NCBI GenBank assembly: GCA_002269645.1
Contig: NIVC01003285.1
Coordinates: forward strand, 42,584-106,583
Reading direction: 5' to 3'
Source of the DNA: Macrostomum lignano
Taxonomy: Eukaryota
DNA: 64,000 nucleotides
The notes below the pieces were generated by a model. That model was not told the origin of the DNA. It ran no database searches and saw only the letters and a program-made list of their open reading frames with translations. Positions within the stretch are counted from its first letter, which is position 1; every line of letters begins with the position of its first letter. Shown here one piece after another: positions 18,324 through 30,975 of the stretch. A program made the translations under genes and the position numbers.

Positions 18324-18389
18324 AAGTAGAGCATTTATTTAAACAATATCATAGACTGCACAATAGCATTAAATGCATTCACTAGCTAG

Positions 18390-19523
18390 TTAGAATCGAT
18401 ACTCAATAGTCTCCACGCCGCCAGTTGAGCACACCTGATAGTGCACGCTGGCATCGTCAACTATGGCAAACAGAAGGTCCACGCCGATGCCGGCCGAACC
18501 GCCAGCAGCCAGCAGCTGCAGAGCGCGCACCCCGACGGGGCAGGGCGGAGTTGAGTCAACGTCTACAACAGCCAGTCGATAGTCGGGCAGAGCCGCCCCG
18601 GCTGCCGTGCGTCGCCGCCGGTGCCCCGGCCGGAAGACGTCGAAATCAACGCGAGCGAGCTGGCCGCTGCAAACCGAGCATCGGCAATCTTCACCCGACT
18701 CTGAGCCAACTGGAATCTCTGGCAATGACATTCGTTGAAGAGCTTCGCGAGTTGTTAAACAAGCCAGGTCCTGCCAGGGCAGCAGCGGCCCGGGCAGCGA
18801 CTCGCCCATAGGAAAACTAGCCGACTGAAGCTCGCGAGCGATCGCTGGAACTACAATGGCCGAGCTTGCTGCCCGATATTCGGACCAAGAGGCGGCTCTG
18901 CTAGGATCAATTTCAGCAGCGGCACCGGTTGAGGAAGGCAGACCGGCGTCAATACGCCGTTTGGGCCGATTTGACAGATCAATAAAGAACTGGCGCGACT
19001 CAGCCACAGCTGAGGGTGGAGCCTGAGCTGCCGCTGTAGGCCCCCTGGGTGACGGCGAATGCCTGACCAGCCTGTAACCAGCTCGAACCAGTCTGGCATA
19101 CGCTAACCAACGTTTAAACTCTAAAGGCGACGTTAGAAAAGTCTGATAGGCCTGCTGTATGGACAGCGGCAATCCGCCAAATTCTACTAGCAATTTGCCC
19201 AGCTCCATCAGCACTAGCGCCTCCTCCGGGTGCAGCAGAGTGGCGCCATCTGTTTGGCGCCGCCAGCCAAACTGGCCAGAGAATTTGGCGCGGCCGGACA
19301 CAAGCACTTGGCACTGATTGGGCAGCCATTCGCCTTTGGCTAATTGATTTGGCGATGCGCTGCGCTCCTCTGTTAAGGTGAGCCGCCACCTGGCCATTGC
19401 CAAGTCAACTTCTGATTTGCTACTGTCAGAGTTGGCGTCGCGCCAATGCCGTTTGAGTCCGCCAGTCTCTGGCAGGCTGCTGGACTTTGGCTGGCGGGCC
19501 AGCAGATCGCGGCCAACTAGCAT
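18390..19523 (-). CDS. TSEN54: tRNA-splicing endonuclease subunit Sen54, 377 aa, single exon
   Basis: Sen54 N-domain motif FGW...LLHPEEALVLMELGKLLVEFGGLPLSIQQAYQ...LAYARLVRAGYRLVRH. C-terminal FDVFRP...PDYRLAVV...LFAIVD. Confidence 0.8.
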   Translation of the reverse strand: MLVGRDLLARQPKSSSLPETGGLKRHWRDANSDSSKSEVDLAMARWRLTLTEERSASPNQLAKGEWLPNQCQVLVSGRAKFSGQFGWRRQTDGATLLHPEEALVLMELGKLLVEFGGLPLSIQQAYQTFLTSPLEFKRWLAYARLVRAGYRLVRHSPSPRGPTAAAQAPPSAVAESRQFFIDLSNRPKRRIDAGLPSSTGAAAEIDPSRAASWSEYRAASSAIVVPAIARELQSASFPMGESLPGPLLPWQDLACLTTREALQRMSLPEIPVGSESGEDCRCSVCSGQLARVDFDVFRPGHRRRRTAAGAALPDYRLAVVDVDSTPPCPVGVRALQLLAAGGSAGIGVDLLFAIVDDASVHYQVCSTGGVETIEYRF

Positions 19524-22099
19524 TTAGTTAGTGGGATAAATGTTCTACCTTGTTATAGGATTCATGAATCATGTGTAACTGATGTATAGTCTCTGTTCTG
19601 TAGTCAAACCATATTGAACTCATCAAGAGAAGCTTCTTGCCAAGCTATTAGCATTAATGTAAACTAGTGTTTAGACAGAGTTAAACAATGGACTGTACTC
19701 AAGATTAAAATTTTTATGGGCACCCATGAAAATATTTTAATACTTGGTTAATAAACATTCTTTTACTGTAATTTGTTTAAATGTATTTGAGCACAATAAT
19801 CTCGGGATTCTAGCATTCTAAATCCTAGGGTCTTAATTGTCTAGGATTTGAAAATTATTAATATTAACTATCAGCATCCAAATGTTGCTTTGCAATAAAT
19901 TCAATCATTTATTCTCAAATAATATCTATATCTAAACTACTTCTCAAATGAAAATCAAAAGGAATCATAAGGTCCTGCTTTGATTCATTATCTTTTAACA
20001 TAAAAACTAACGAATAAAAGGCTAAGGCTACAAGGATACACAACAGAAGCTATTGGCAGACTATAAAGAGATTTAAAGTATAATAATATATGCTATATGC
20101 ATATATTTATAGACTACTATAATTATAATTCTAAAACATATATACATAGTATATAAAGCCTAAAGCAATAAAAGATAATCCTTCATTGTTTCTTATCCCT
20201 TTATGTCAAAAACATTATTCTTAATGCTTAAAAAATCCTAAGACTAGGATAGAATCTTTGCATAGCAATTTTAGAATAGAAAGTTACACATAATTTTTTG
20301 CAAGTTTTTACTTTAAAATATACAATTTTTGGCACTTATCTGAAATTTGAAAAATCTGAAAAATTATTCTGAAATATTATTAACTTTAAATTTTTTGTAA
20401 TGTTAATATAGTACTTAATGGCTTTGCTTTCAAATGTAATAACTTTGTTTTAAATGTAATAAGTAATATAATAATATAATATTGTAATATATAACAATAT
20501 GCAACATTTTCAAATGAAACCATGTAAGTTTATTTTTATTTGCAAAAAACCTACACATAAACCTCATAGAGTTGTATAAGTTTGCCAAAAATATGTATAG
20601 AAATATGTAACTATAAGTGCTTGTTAGCATATATGGAATGGGCTAAAGATTTGGTTTGGTACAAAAATTTAATAATGGCTTTTACATTTTAGATGCCTAC
20701 TAGAATAGAGATAAAAATAATAAAACTACTTTAAGCAATCCCTATCTTTAAAACCTTTTGGTCATAATTAAAATTAGAATATTGGGGCTTTGTTATTACC
20801 AATAGACCACAATCCCAAGTTTACAATTTTCTATCTAAGCCAAATGCCCTTAGAGGGTCTGATCTTTTTTATCCTATTACTTTAGACCATAGGCTTAGCT
20901 TTATAAGCTATTGTTTCCTAGGTTATATTATAATCAAGTGGCAATGTTGCAGTTTGTTACACATAATTATTTTTACTTTTGAATACATGCCAATGTGTCA
21001 CAGAGGGTTTAAATATATGCAGACTTGTCATGCCACATCATCCTAAAAGGCCATAGACACTTTTGGGCAAGTTTTAGTAAGTCCCTTTGCGCTACATTTA
21101 TGATGTGACTTGCAACACAGTATCAATGATTCGTTGGCTAGCTAAGTTCCACCTGCTGTCCAATCAAGTGACCTGTCAACAATGTGAGTATTTGAGTTCT
21201 GAGACTTGTTTTGAGGAACTTTTGAGGATTCAGTGACTAAGGAATGATGTTATAGTCCTGTTAATGTTCACTTGTTTGATTGTTCATGGTGTTGGCATAT
21301 ATTCAAAAGTAAAAATAATTACGCAAAACAAACTGCAACATTGCCAATCAAGTTTGTTTTTCAAAATAACACTGTTTTCAATGACACTGTTTTCAACCTG
21401 TTGTGATGCAATCTTTATCAGAATTGAAATTCAGTTAGCACGCACGCACAAATACAGTGCAAAATTAGTTTATAAAAAGAAAAGATATTACAGGTTCCTT
21501 TCTAGAATATTCTAGAATGAAAGGAACATCTAAGGTGCATACATAATATATAATACATATGTACATTTAATACACAGGTGTATATGGCAGTGAAAAGTGA
21601 AATGTACGTGCTCTGGGAGTCCACTTTATTGGCACTAAGTCTTAGAGAGCCTTGCAGCTGGCCAGGCGGGGGTTGATTGGCTGGGGGTGGTAGTGAGATG
21701 AATCAGCATCTGGTATTAGCTGTATAGCTATATTATTACTTGCTATGTGGCCCATAAAGATTTGGGTATGGGTAAGTATGGGGGTTTTCTGATTTGCTAG
21801 AAGCTTAAATCTTATTTTATTCTGTTAACCATTTGTTTGCCGAGCTAACTTCCCAGAAATTCAAATCAAGTGTACCAAATAATTTACTTAAATCTTTCAT
21901 TGCAGTCTTTCATCTGTTATTCATCTCATTCTCAAGTTTGCAATATTCATCAGCAATCATTTTCTCGTAAGTTAAACTTATTTTTTGTTGCTTAAAGAGC
22001 AAAATTTTGAATCGATACATACATGTAATCTTTTTCAGCATCAAATTTATTAAGTATATTAATTGATTTTACTGTCAATTTTCGAATCAATTTCAAGAA

Positions 22100-23250
22100 A
22101 TGGCCACCAGTACCGATTACGCGAGCGAGTCCCAGCGTCCAAAGCTGTCCATCAAAGGCTTGCGGCTAGGCCCTATGCAAGGTTCTGTTACTGGCTGAGT
22201 GATTAGAGAGCCCTGCAATGTTTTGGACTTTAAAAGCAAAGGAGGCAAAGCACAGGTGTTCTCCTTTGTTCTGGGAGACAAGACTGCCAACATTTGGGTC
22301 AGTGTTTGGCAAAGAGCTACGGCCACTGCATGACATCTGCAAGAGCGCCCAGGTTGTTCACATTGCTGGCGGGTTTGTGAAGTCATTGCATCCAACCTAC
22401 AACAGAACTGACAACAAGTTGGAGGTGTCCCTGTCTATGGATTCCAAAGGCAGTATCGTTTTAAGCAATGAGTTAGTGAGCTCTTATCAAGTTGAGTTCA
22501 CAGACATTTTTGAATTAGGCAATTTGGCTTTGAAGAAGTAAGCAAATATTATATGCTAATTTTTATTCTATAGGCAATAAAAATTTTGCTAAATTTATAT
22601 ATTTATTATCCAAATTCAAATTTTACAGGCTTGTAAATGTGTCGGGGGTGATAACTGCTCAGAAGTCCAGAAGAAGGACCAGAGCATGGTTGCCTTAAGT
22701 AAGGTGACCCTGGTGGACAGTTCAAAGTCATCCATGGAATGCGCATTCTGGGGCAACAAAGCTGACCAGGTTCAATGGTGGTCCATCAGTGACATTCTGG
22801 AGATCAGAAGAGCTGCAATGCATGAATATGCCAGGATGGTGACGCTAACCTGCATGGAAGCTAGAAAATGCGACTCTGATGATTACAAATTGTTGAACAA
22901 GTGGTTTGATGAAGCCCAAAAAGAGGAACTAGGGTTCTCTCCCATTATGGCGTCGCAGTCCATGATGGAACAGCAGTCGCAAACACATCAGCCTGATAGT
23001 ACAAGGGTTTTGGTCTATGAGAATCCACCAGAAGCTCTGCAGCACTACGGGAGTGTTGAGCAGATCCAGCAACGATTTGGAGAAATATTGGTAAGCTTTA
23101 TTTAATTGCTATTTATATAATAAAAAAGTAATTCATATAACAAGTCAATTTGTATATATTTACTGAACTCCTTTTGTTATAGTTAACATTCAATTGAAAT
23201 GAACAGCAGCCAGTGACCAGCACTCCAGAGCCATCAACTAGGCGTAAGCA
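22100..23250 (+). pseudogene. RPA1/RPA70-like tandem OB-fold pseudogene
   Basis: LSIKGLRLGPMQGSVTG*VI...KGGKAQVFSFVLGDKTANI..(frameshift)..VVHIAGGFVKSLHPTYNRTDNKLEV (DBD-A-like), then VTLVDSSKSSMECAFWG (DBD-B-like). In-frame TGA at 22196 and a frameshift near 22305. Intron-like GT..AG gaps near 22540-22628 and 23091-23181. Confidence 0.65.
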
Positions 23251-24962
23251 GAATCAAGATTCAACTTATTGTGTGAGTGAATTCCTAGAAAGCCTGTGAA
23301 ACTCTTGCAATGTTTGTGATATTGTGAGTCACATAGAGGCTTTTTTGCTCAACTGAGTGGTTTGAAGGAATTAAAATATAAAATATAAATATATAATATG
23401 TTTGCATCATTGAAATCAAAATATAAATATAGATACTGACAGTCTTTGTTTGGTTCTTTGGTGTTTTTTTTATCTTTCGATTATTTTTTAATATGAAATT
23501 TTGGAAGTCTAATCTATGGGTCTTAACCATAGATCTTATATTCCCTAGATATGCCACTCTTGGTGCATTCAATAGGAAAAGACTGACCACGTGAATTGCA
23601 AGAAAAATTTATTTAAGCCGACAGCTTTTGAGAAAGTCTGAGGTCAATAGCTTAAAGGGACATAGACATATTTCTTTCGTGGTTACAAGAATATTCGCAA
23701 CAGACACAAAGTTCACAGGTTGTCGCGACCTTGCGCTTTGCTATCAAACAAATGGGCAAAAGAGCGCTGAATTTGGGGCTGCAGCATATACAAATTGCCA
23801 CCACCAACAAGTAATTGAATCAAAATGTCGCTGCACAACTTCCCTAGGAGTGGCTCTACTGCTCAGAAGTAGATTAAATTGTTAAGCAACCTTGAAGTCG
23901 ATTTCCTTTCAGTCATAGGATTTAGGCATAGCCTTTTTCCGAAACAAGGGCTACATAGACTACAAGCAAGTATGGCTTGCGCCTGCCATCTAATTATTAA
24001 AAAACCATTAATACGCGCACAAGCTACTGACCTGATATTGTAGTTGCAAAATCTTCAAGAAAGATGAAGGCTCTATGGGTGTGCTTATGGTTGTGAGTGG
24101 CTTATCTAGGGAATATAAGATCTATGGTCTTAATTATGCATCGGGATATTAATAAGCAAACTGAATTTAAGTACTGATGCTTGAAGGAGGAATTTGTCTT
24201 CCTATGGAGTCATTTGTCATGGGTGAATGAGTTTTCTTCTTATTGCTACAGTATTTTAAGTGATAGACAAATAGGTATTTGTATTTCAATTTATTTATTA
24301 ATTTCCATTAGTCCATGTTTTTACTAATACATGTTAAAACTTCTATTTTTTTAAATAGTGCCCCCCAAGGAGGGCTCAATATGCTAGTCTAGTCTAATTT
24401 TGATTACAAAGATTTTTTATTATCTAGCTATATTAGCTACATTACATTTAACAAAGGTGATTAAAAAACTTTTTTCAATCCTAGGATCTTGGCCTAGGCC
24501 TAACTCATTAGGATACTTAGATACTAGGATTGGCAAGGTCTAGGATATCCTAATCCTAAGAATCCTAATATTGACAAAACTTAGATTTTATATTTATAGG
24601 CCTATTGTCATTGTAGATATATAGGTGACATAGGCTTATACAGTGTTAATTATAGTATGATTACTAGTATAGGCCTACTTTTGACTAAATTGTAATTTTT
24701 ATGCTTTGTTTATTCAATTCGAATTTGACTAAACTTGCTAAAAATGTCAATATTTGAATTACTAATTAAATTAGTAATTATACTTCCAATAAATATAAAA
24801 AGGCCTAGGCCCTAGTCAATAGAATATAGTATAAATTTATAATTAATGCATTCTGTATTGTCAAATGCTCATAAGCTCATGCTCTATCATAAGCTAATAT
24901 AGCTAAGCATAAAGCAAAAGAGATAACAACTGCTAGGTATAGGCCCTAGTCCATAGCCAGGT

Positions 24963-25158
24963 CAGGCATGGATCCAGAAAATTTTTGAGCGGGCCAAGCT
25001 ATACCAAGCACTACAAGTACAAGTACAACCCCATATTGGAAAATAGACCTGGCATAGTGGCAGGCTAAAAAAGCATGACCAAAAATTTTTTGGCCGCGGC
25101 TGAGGGGAGGGCCATGGCCCCCTTGGTTCCCCCCCCCCCACCTCTGGATCCGCCCCTG
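24963..25158. mobile_element. Small MITE-like element
   Basis: Imperfect TIRs CAGGCATGGATCCAGA / TCTGGATCCGCCCCTG. Flanks AGCCAGGT / AGCCAGGA form a 7/8 TSD. Confidence 0.6.
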
Positions 25159-25656
25159 AGCCAGGAATGGAATCGATGTAGGTCTAGGCCCCTACAAATG
25201 TTTTGCCAATGTTACACGTTAACAGCTTACATGATATTTGAAAGAAATAAGCCAAAAAGGTTAATTAAATGGCTAAAAGTCAGGTTGAAATTACTAAAAG
25301 GTTAAACGAACTATGGATAATTCGCTAGATTAAATCCACCAGTGTGGGGTCAACTATGACCTCAGAAATTGTCAATGACGTTTTTGTACAACTTTCCAGT
25401 CCTGGAAAGGTTTCACTTGGTTTTGAATAAGTTTTGAATTTACTTTAACTTACGTGTAAAGGTATAAAGTTTACAGGCTCAGTTTCTCGTACGCTCTTAA
25501 ATATACTACAAGAAATATATTTTGTTATAAGCCACACGAAAACTAGATTTGCACGAAATCATTTCAAATCAAAATTCAAATCAAACCAAATCATCAGGCT
25601 TCAGCTGCGCTATCGTGAACAGCACACGTTTAGTATTGCACAAATTACAGGATAAT

Positions 25657-26644
25657 ATGGTTTTCGGATGCACAACATGCAAGCCCAACGAAGCGCTAAT
25701 TATTACAGGCAAGAAATTAAAACCGACGTCCTAAATTCAGAACAAATTAAAACTCGTATATTAGTTTAGACTTATACTCGGATATATAGTTTTTATCCTC
25801 AACACTTTAACATACCAAAAGAAACAAACAGTCGAAGAAACTCTGAAACAGATATCTAAGATAATCTAACCAATGATTCGTGACGTCGTGCGAGGCTTGA
25901 GTCACTACAGTCTACAGAGATAAATACTCTGCAGAAAAAATGCAATTATTATCTGTTGCTTTTAGAGTAATACTTTTTTCATCTAAAGAAAAATGTGGCT
26001 CAGATCACGCCTATTCGAGCGCTATTTATATTGCACTCAAAGTTGACATTTCTTTGAAAAATTATATATACGAGCGTACTGTATTGATACTTTTACCATG
26101 TACATGTGCATTATTCTATCAGATATATGCCGACGAATTTATTTCATCAACTCAATGCTTTCCTACAGGTTGCTGTTATCAATCACCGGTGTTCGTTACC
26201 AATGGATGGAAATGTACGATTCCTGGCATACATAAAGTCCAACGGATGCCTCTGAACGTAATGAAAATCACAGTTGAATCGCCAAGAATTTATGCCAAGC
26301 CGGGTGTAACTATTTCTGTAAACGGCCTATCAGAAGTTCGAATAAATGGCTGGAATCAAGACATGCTGGCAGTGGCTTTCGACAATTTTTTAGGTAAGAA
26401 AGAACACGAGATTGAAGCAATCGTCAAAGAGAAATTGGAGGCCCAGCAAAGCGCTATCATTAGGCAAATGTCAATTGACGAAATCTACATGGATAGAAGA
26501 AAGTTCTGCACAGCCTTCTTCAATGCCGCCTCGGCAGATCTCGAACGAATTGGCATTTCCGTGTTGTCCTACAGGCTGGAAGAAGTCAGCGATGAGGATG
26601 GCTACCTGAAAGCACTGGGAGAGGCGCGTCTCCGGCTCAGCTGA
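25657..26644 (+). CDS. Divergent truncated flotillin paralog (SPFH domain only, 175 aa; possibly a pseudogene); join(25657..25708,26169..26644)
   Basis: MVFGCTTCKPNEALIITG|CCYQSPVFVTNGWK...LERIGISVLSYRLEEVSDEDGYLKALGEARLRLS*. Collinear with FLOT1 up to the start of the coiled coil. GC-AG intron at the same 52-nt position as in FLOT1. Confidence 0.7.
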
Positions 26645-28055
26645 ACATTCACCAGACTCTTGAAATCAATTTGTCCAGTTGCGAATGTTTTTGTCCCACC
26701 GAACTTCGGTGAAATTTTTGTGCGATTATCAAGTGTGGAGTCTTTCCCCGCAGTTTTCAAATATGGTTTTGGATTTTCATAATTCTGTGTGAGGTCTGAT
26801 AAAAACTCATTAATCTCATAAAAGCATCATTGATTTTGTACTCGAGTTCGATTAACGTTCTTATTTCCATTTTCCAGAAATGGAAAATATTTTTTAAATA
26901 GAACTTATATAGCAAATAAATTCTTAACTTCGATCGTACCCACAGTGTACAGTGTGAGTGTACATTTGTACACAGTTTTGCGTGCCATTTATCTCCGTTT
27001 AATACTGGAAACGGTTTATCTCGCTCATGAGCTCAAAACAGCTGAGGCAAGCAAGCAGTGCATTCCTGGCTTCTCTTATCTGGATTTTATTAGATTTTAT
27101 TACTAGACTAGAAAATCCTCCGAGAACTCGCTTACCAAGCATTAAGATTTTCAGAATACTACTGTAAGTAGGTTAGAACGTTCCCGATTCTTTTCAAGCA
27201 GTCCTGCATGAGATTTTTCAAGACCTCGATCGGCTCTGACGGAATCGTTCGAACGTCAGGTTGACACGGCGCCAGCCAGCACTCCAAAGCCTGGCGTCAG
27301 AAAAAATCGCCGAGTGCGCTTCTGCACGAGCTTTATGCCGTACGACTCGACGTGGATGATGTGGCCTGCAACTGGAGTCGCCGAATCACTTCAATAGATT
27401 GGAGCCAATGAATTAGGTTGCCGCGTTGGTGACTAAACTTCAATCTGCTTTTTCTAGTGGTTTGGCCAATCGTCCAAGTCGATCTAGGCGTTGTTCGACA
27501 GGACGGTCTCAACCACAGCTTTGAACAACGCCGCCCTGCAAGATTGCCCTGAGCAAAACAAACAGCTGCCGTGAGAAAATCCCAGGATCCTTGCAGACGT
27601 CTGACCCTTACGTCTGACACATTGGAGAAGCAACGACGGCTATTTGGAAATTAAAGCCAGACTTCCAATATTTCTACTGAAAGTAATGTAGTAAGTAAAA
27701 ATATCTCCAGCTTGAAAATATCCGTTGAAAAGTTCTAGATACTGGATTTATTTAAAATTTTACACTCGTTACTTCTGAGGCTAAAATTTAATTAGAAAGT
27801 TGAAAGATTATTCTTAGCTCGTATAAAAACTTATTATTTGACATTGATAATTATAAATTCCTAAATCTTGTTTTTTCATTTTTAAAACTCGTTAACATAT
27901 TAGTATCTATTCGTTTTGTTTTTGTTTTAAACCAGCTTAAAAGTTGATATAAGTTCACGCGCGAATTCAAAAGTGTGTGAAAATTATGAAACAAGTGTGA
28001 AAATTGTGTCGTTTTGTAGCATCAAGCAAACAAGCATAAAGAAAAATTAAAAAAG

Positions 28056-30353
28056 ATGGTGTTCGGTTTTCATACCTGCGGTCCGAATGAGGCACTCGTC
28101 ATTTCAGGTAAAATATCAACAATTCTGACTGAAATCATTCTACGTGTATGGAGGTTCGTTTACTAAGAGCAATATGAAATTAGACACTGGTGAAGAGTAC
28201 ATTACATCCCTTCCCTTCACAACCGTCGCTAGGATGCTTTCATACTACGCCAACTTTCATCCCTGGCGGGCGCAAATTCGTGTTCCCGGTCATCCAGCAG
28301 GTGCAGAGGATCATGCTCAACACCATGACCATCACCATTGAGTCGCCCAGGATTTACACCCAGCTGGGAGTGCCCATCACTGTCACCGGGGTGGCCCAGC
28401 TGCGCATCAAAGGTCAAAACAGAGACATGCTGGCTGCCGCTTGCGAACAGTTTCTATCAAAATCTGAGCAACAAATCCAGGAGATTGCGAAGGAGACGCT
28501 GGAAGCTCACCAGCGGGCAATCATGGGCAACATGACGGTCGAAGAGATCTATAAAGACAGAAAGAAGTTCAGCAAAGCCGTATTTGAAGTGGCCTCATCC
28601 GACCTGGTGAACATGGGCATCAGCGTGGTGTCCTACACCCTGAAGGTGAGTGACTGAATCAGTTTGCAATGGAGCTTTTTTAGCATCCAGCATGTACAGT
28701 TCATTCTTAGTCTTGAAGGGTTGACCCTCCTGAGCGCCAGATGAATGTGGCGTTGAATGCATCAGGAGGTAACGTTCTCTCGTTCTATGGAAATTGGAGC
28801 AAAAGCACCGATCCTTCCCATCTCTTTAATGTACTTTTTCTAGCAAAATTTTGTCTGTGGTAGATATCAGGGGTTTGTGGTAGCCATGGATTTTATGGTG
28901 GGAGGGCAAAGCCGAGAATTCTACATCACTCGATTCCTGCAGTATTTTGGGAATCGGTGATATTAGCTCTCATTTTGGCGCCGCAGACGCTCATTTTGGC
29001 GCCGCAGACACTCATTTTGGCGCCGCAAAAACTCATTTTGGCGCCGCAGACACTCATTTTGGCGCCGCACACACTCATTTTGGCGCCGCAAAAACTCATT
29101 TTGGCGCCGCAGACACTCATTTTGGCGCCGCAAAAACTCATTTTGGCGCCGCAGACACTCATTTTGGCGCCGCAGACACTCATTTTGGCGCCGCAAAAAC
29201 TCATTTTGGCGCCACAGACACTCATTTTGGCGCCACAGACACCCATTTTGGCGTCCTGAAGCAAAGTTATTTAATTTACATAACGAGTCAAAAGGTGGGG
29301 CGGGGGGATAAAACATTGGTATGCCCCCCCCCCTAGCTTTTACTGGCGGACGCCCCCCCCCCCGGTCCCCCGGTGGCGACGCCGCTGGTAGAAACCCAGT
29401 TCGCGCAATGAATTTTGCAATAATCTTCCCAATCCGTTTGGGAGAACACACTGTACTTCCTATTTGCGCGGTGGTCAGACACGCCAATCACTGTGCCATT
29501 CTGTGCCCCCCCCTCCTACACCCTGAAGGACATCAACGATGACGAGGGCTACCTGAAGGCGCTGGGCTTGGCTCGCACAGCGCAGGTTAAGCGAGACGCC
29601 CGAATCGGCGAGGCTGAGGCTCAGAAGGAGTCCGGCATCAAGGAGGCCATCGCCGTGCAGACTCGCATGGCGTCCCGATACGAGAATGAGGTGCAAATCG
29701 CCAAGGCGCAGCGCGACTTCGAGCTCAAGAAGGCCGCCTTCGACAAGGAAGTGCAGGCCAAGAAGGCCGAGTCGGACTTGGCCTACGAGCTGCAGGCGGC
29801 CAAAACTCGCCAGCTGATCAAGGAGGAGGAGATGCAGATCAAAGTGGTGGAGCGCACCCAGCAGATCAGCGTCCAGGAGCTGGAGATTGTGCGTCGGGAG
29901 CGTCAGCTGGACGCCAGCGTCCGCAAGCCGGCGGAGGCGGAGCGCTACCGGCTGGAGCGAATCGCCGAGGCGGAGAACTCCAAGATCATCCTGGAGGCTC
30001 AGGCCGACGCCGAGACCGTCCAGCTGAAAGGCGAAGCCGAGGCCTTCGCCATCGAAGCCAGGGCAAAGGCGACAGCCGAGCAGATGGCGAAGAAGGCGGA
30101 TGCATGGAAAGAGTACGGCGAGGCCGCCCGACTCGACCTGGTGCTCAAGGCGCTGCCGAAGCTCGCGGCCGAGGTGGCGCAGCCGCTGGCCAGCGCCACG
30201 AAGATCACCATGGTGAGCAACGGCGGTCGCAACGCGGAGCTGGGAGCGGCCAAGATCACAGGGGAAGTCATGGACATCATGGAGCGACTGCCGGCGATGC
30301 TGCAGTCCATGACTGGATCGGAAACTGGCCTGACAAAGATCACGCCTAAGTGA
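28056..30353 (+). CDS. FLOT1: Flotillin-1, 429 aa; join(28056..28107,28233..28645,29529..30353)
   Basis: [80 protein letters not shown] and AEA/EA coiled-coil repeats. Junctions are phase-consistent. Confidence 0.93.
28868..29387. mobile_element. Degenerate CAG-terminated MITE carrying a minisatellite, within FLOT1 intron 2
   Basis: Ends CAGGGG..GGTAGCCA / TGGCGACGCCGCTG. Flanks GTAGATAT / GTAGAAAC (6/8 match). Confidence 0.5.
28965..29250. repeat. Minisatellite, 21 bp (CTCATTTTGGCGCCGCAGACA)
   Basis: About 13 copies. Confidence 0.95.
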
Positions 30354-30514
30354 TGGCGAACTTCTCGTGACTCTCAACATTGAGGACTGTAGCTTATTGT
30401 ACTAAATTCAAGGACTTTAAAAAATCGAAAAGTTAAAGTAACTTATAGAGAAAAAAATACAAGCTGGACTGGAGGTTAATTTTCACTGCTAAAAGCATTG
30501 GTTGGTACCCCTGG

Positions 30515-30975
30515 AGCTGGCGTACCCGGGTGCTAAAACCCCTGGTGCTAAAATCCTTAGTGCTAAAACCCCTGGTGCTGGCGTACCCTGGTGCTAAAAC
30601 CCCTGGTGCTAAAACCCCTGGTGCTGGCGTACCCTGGTGCTAAAACCCCTAGTGCTAAAACCCCTGGTGCTGGCGTACCCTGGTGCTAAAACCCCTGGTG
30701 CTAAAACCCCTAGTGCTAAAACCCCTGGTGCTGGCGTACCCTGGTGCTAAAACCCTAGTGCTAAAACCCCTAGTGCTAAAACCCCTAGTGCTAAAACCCC
30801 TGGTGCTGGCGTACCCTGGTGCTAAAACCCCTGGTGCTGGCGTACCCTGGTGCTAAAACCCCTGGTGCTAAAACCCCTAGTGCTAAAACCCCTAGTGCTA
30901 AAACCCCTGGTGCTGGCGTACCCTGGTGCTAAAACCCTAGTTCTAAAACCCCTGGTGCTAAATCCCTGTAAAAGA
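30515..30975. repeat. Mixed ~15-bp repeats (ACCCCTGGTGCTAAA / ACCCTGGTGCTGGCGT)
   Basis: Tandem array downstream of FLOT1. Confidence 0.9.
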
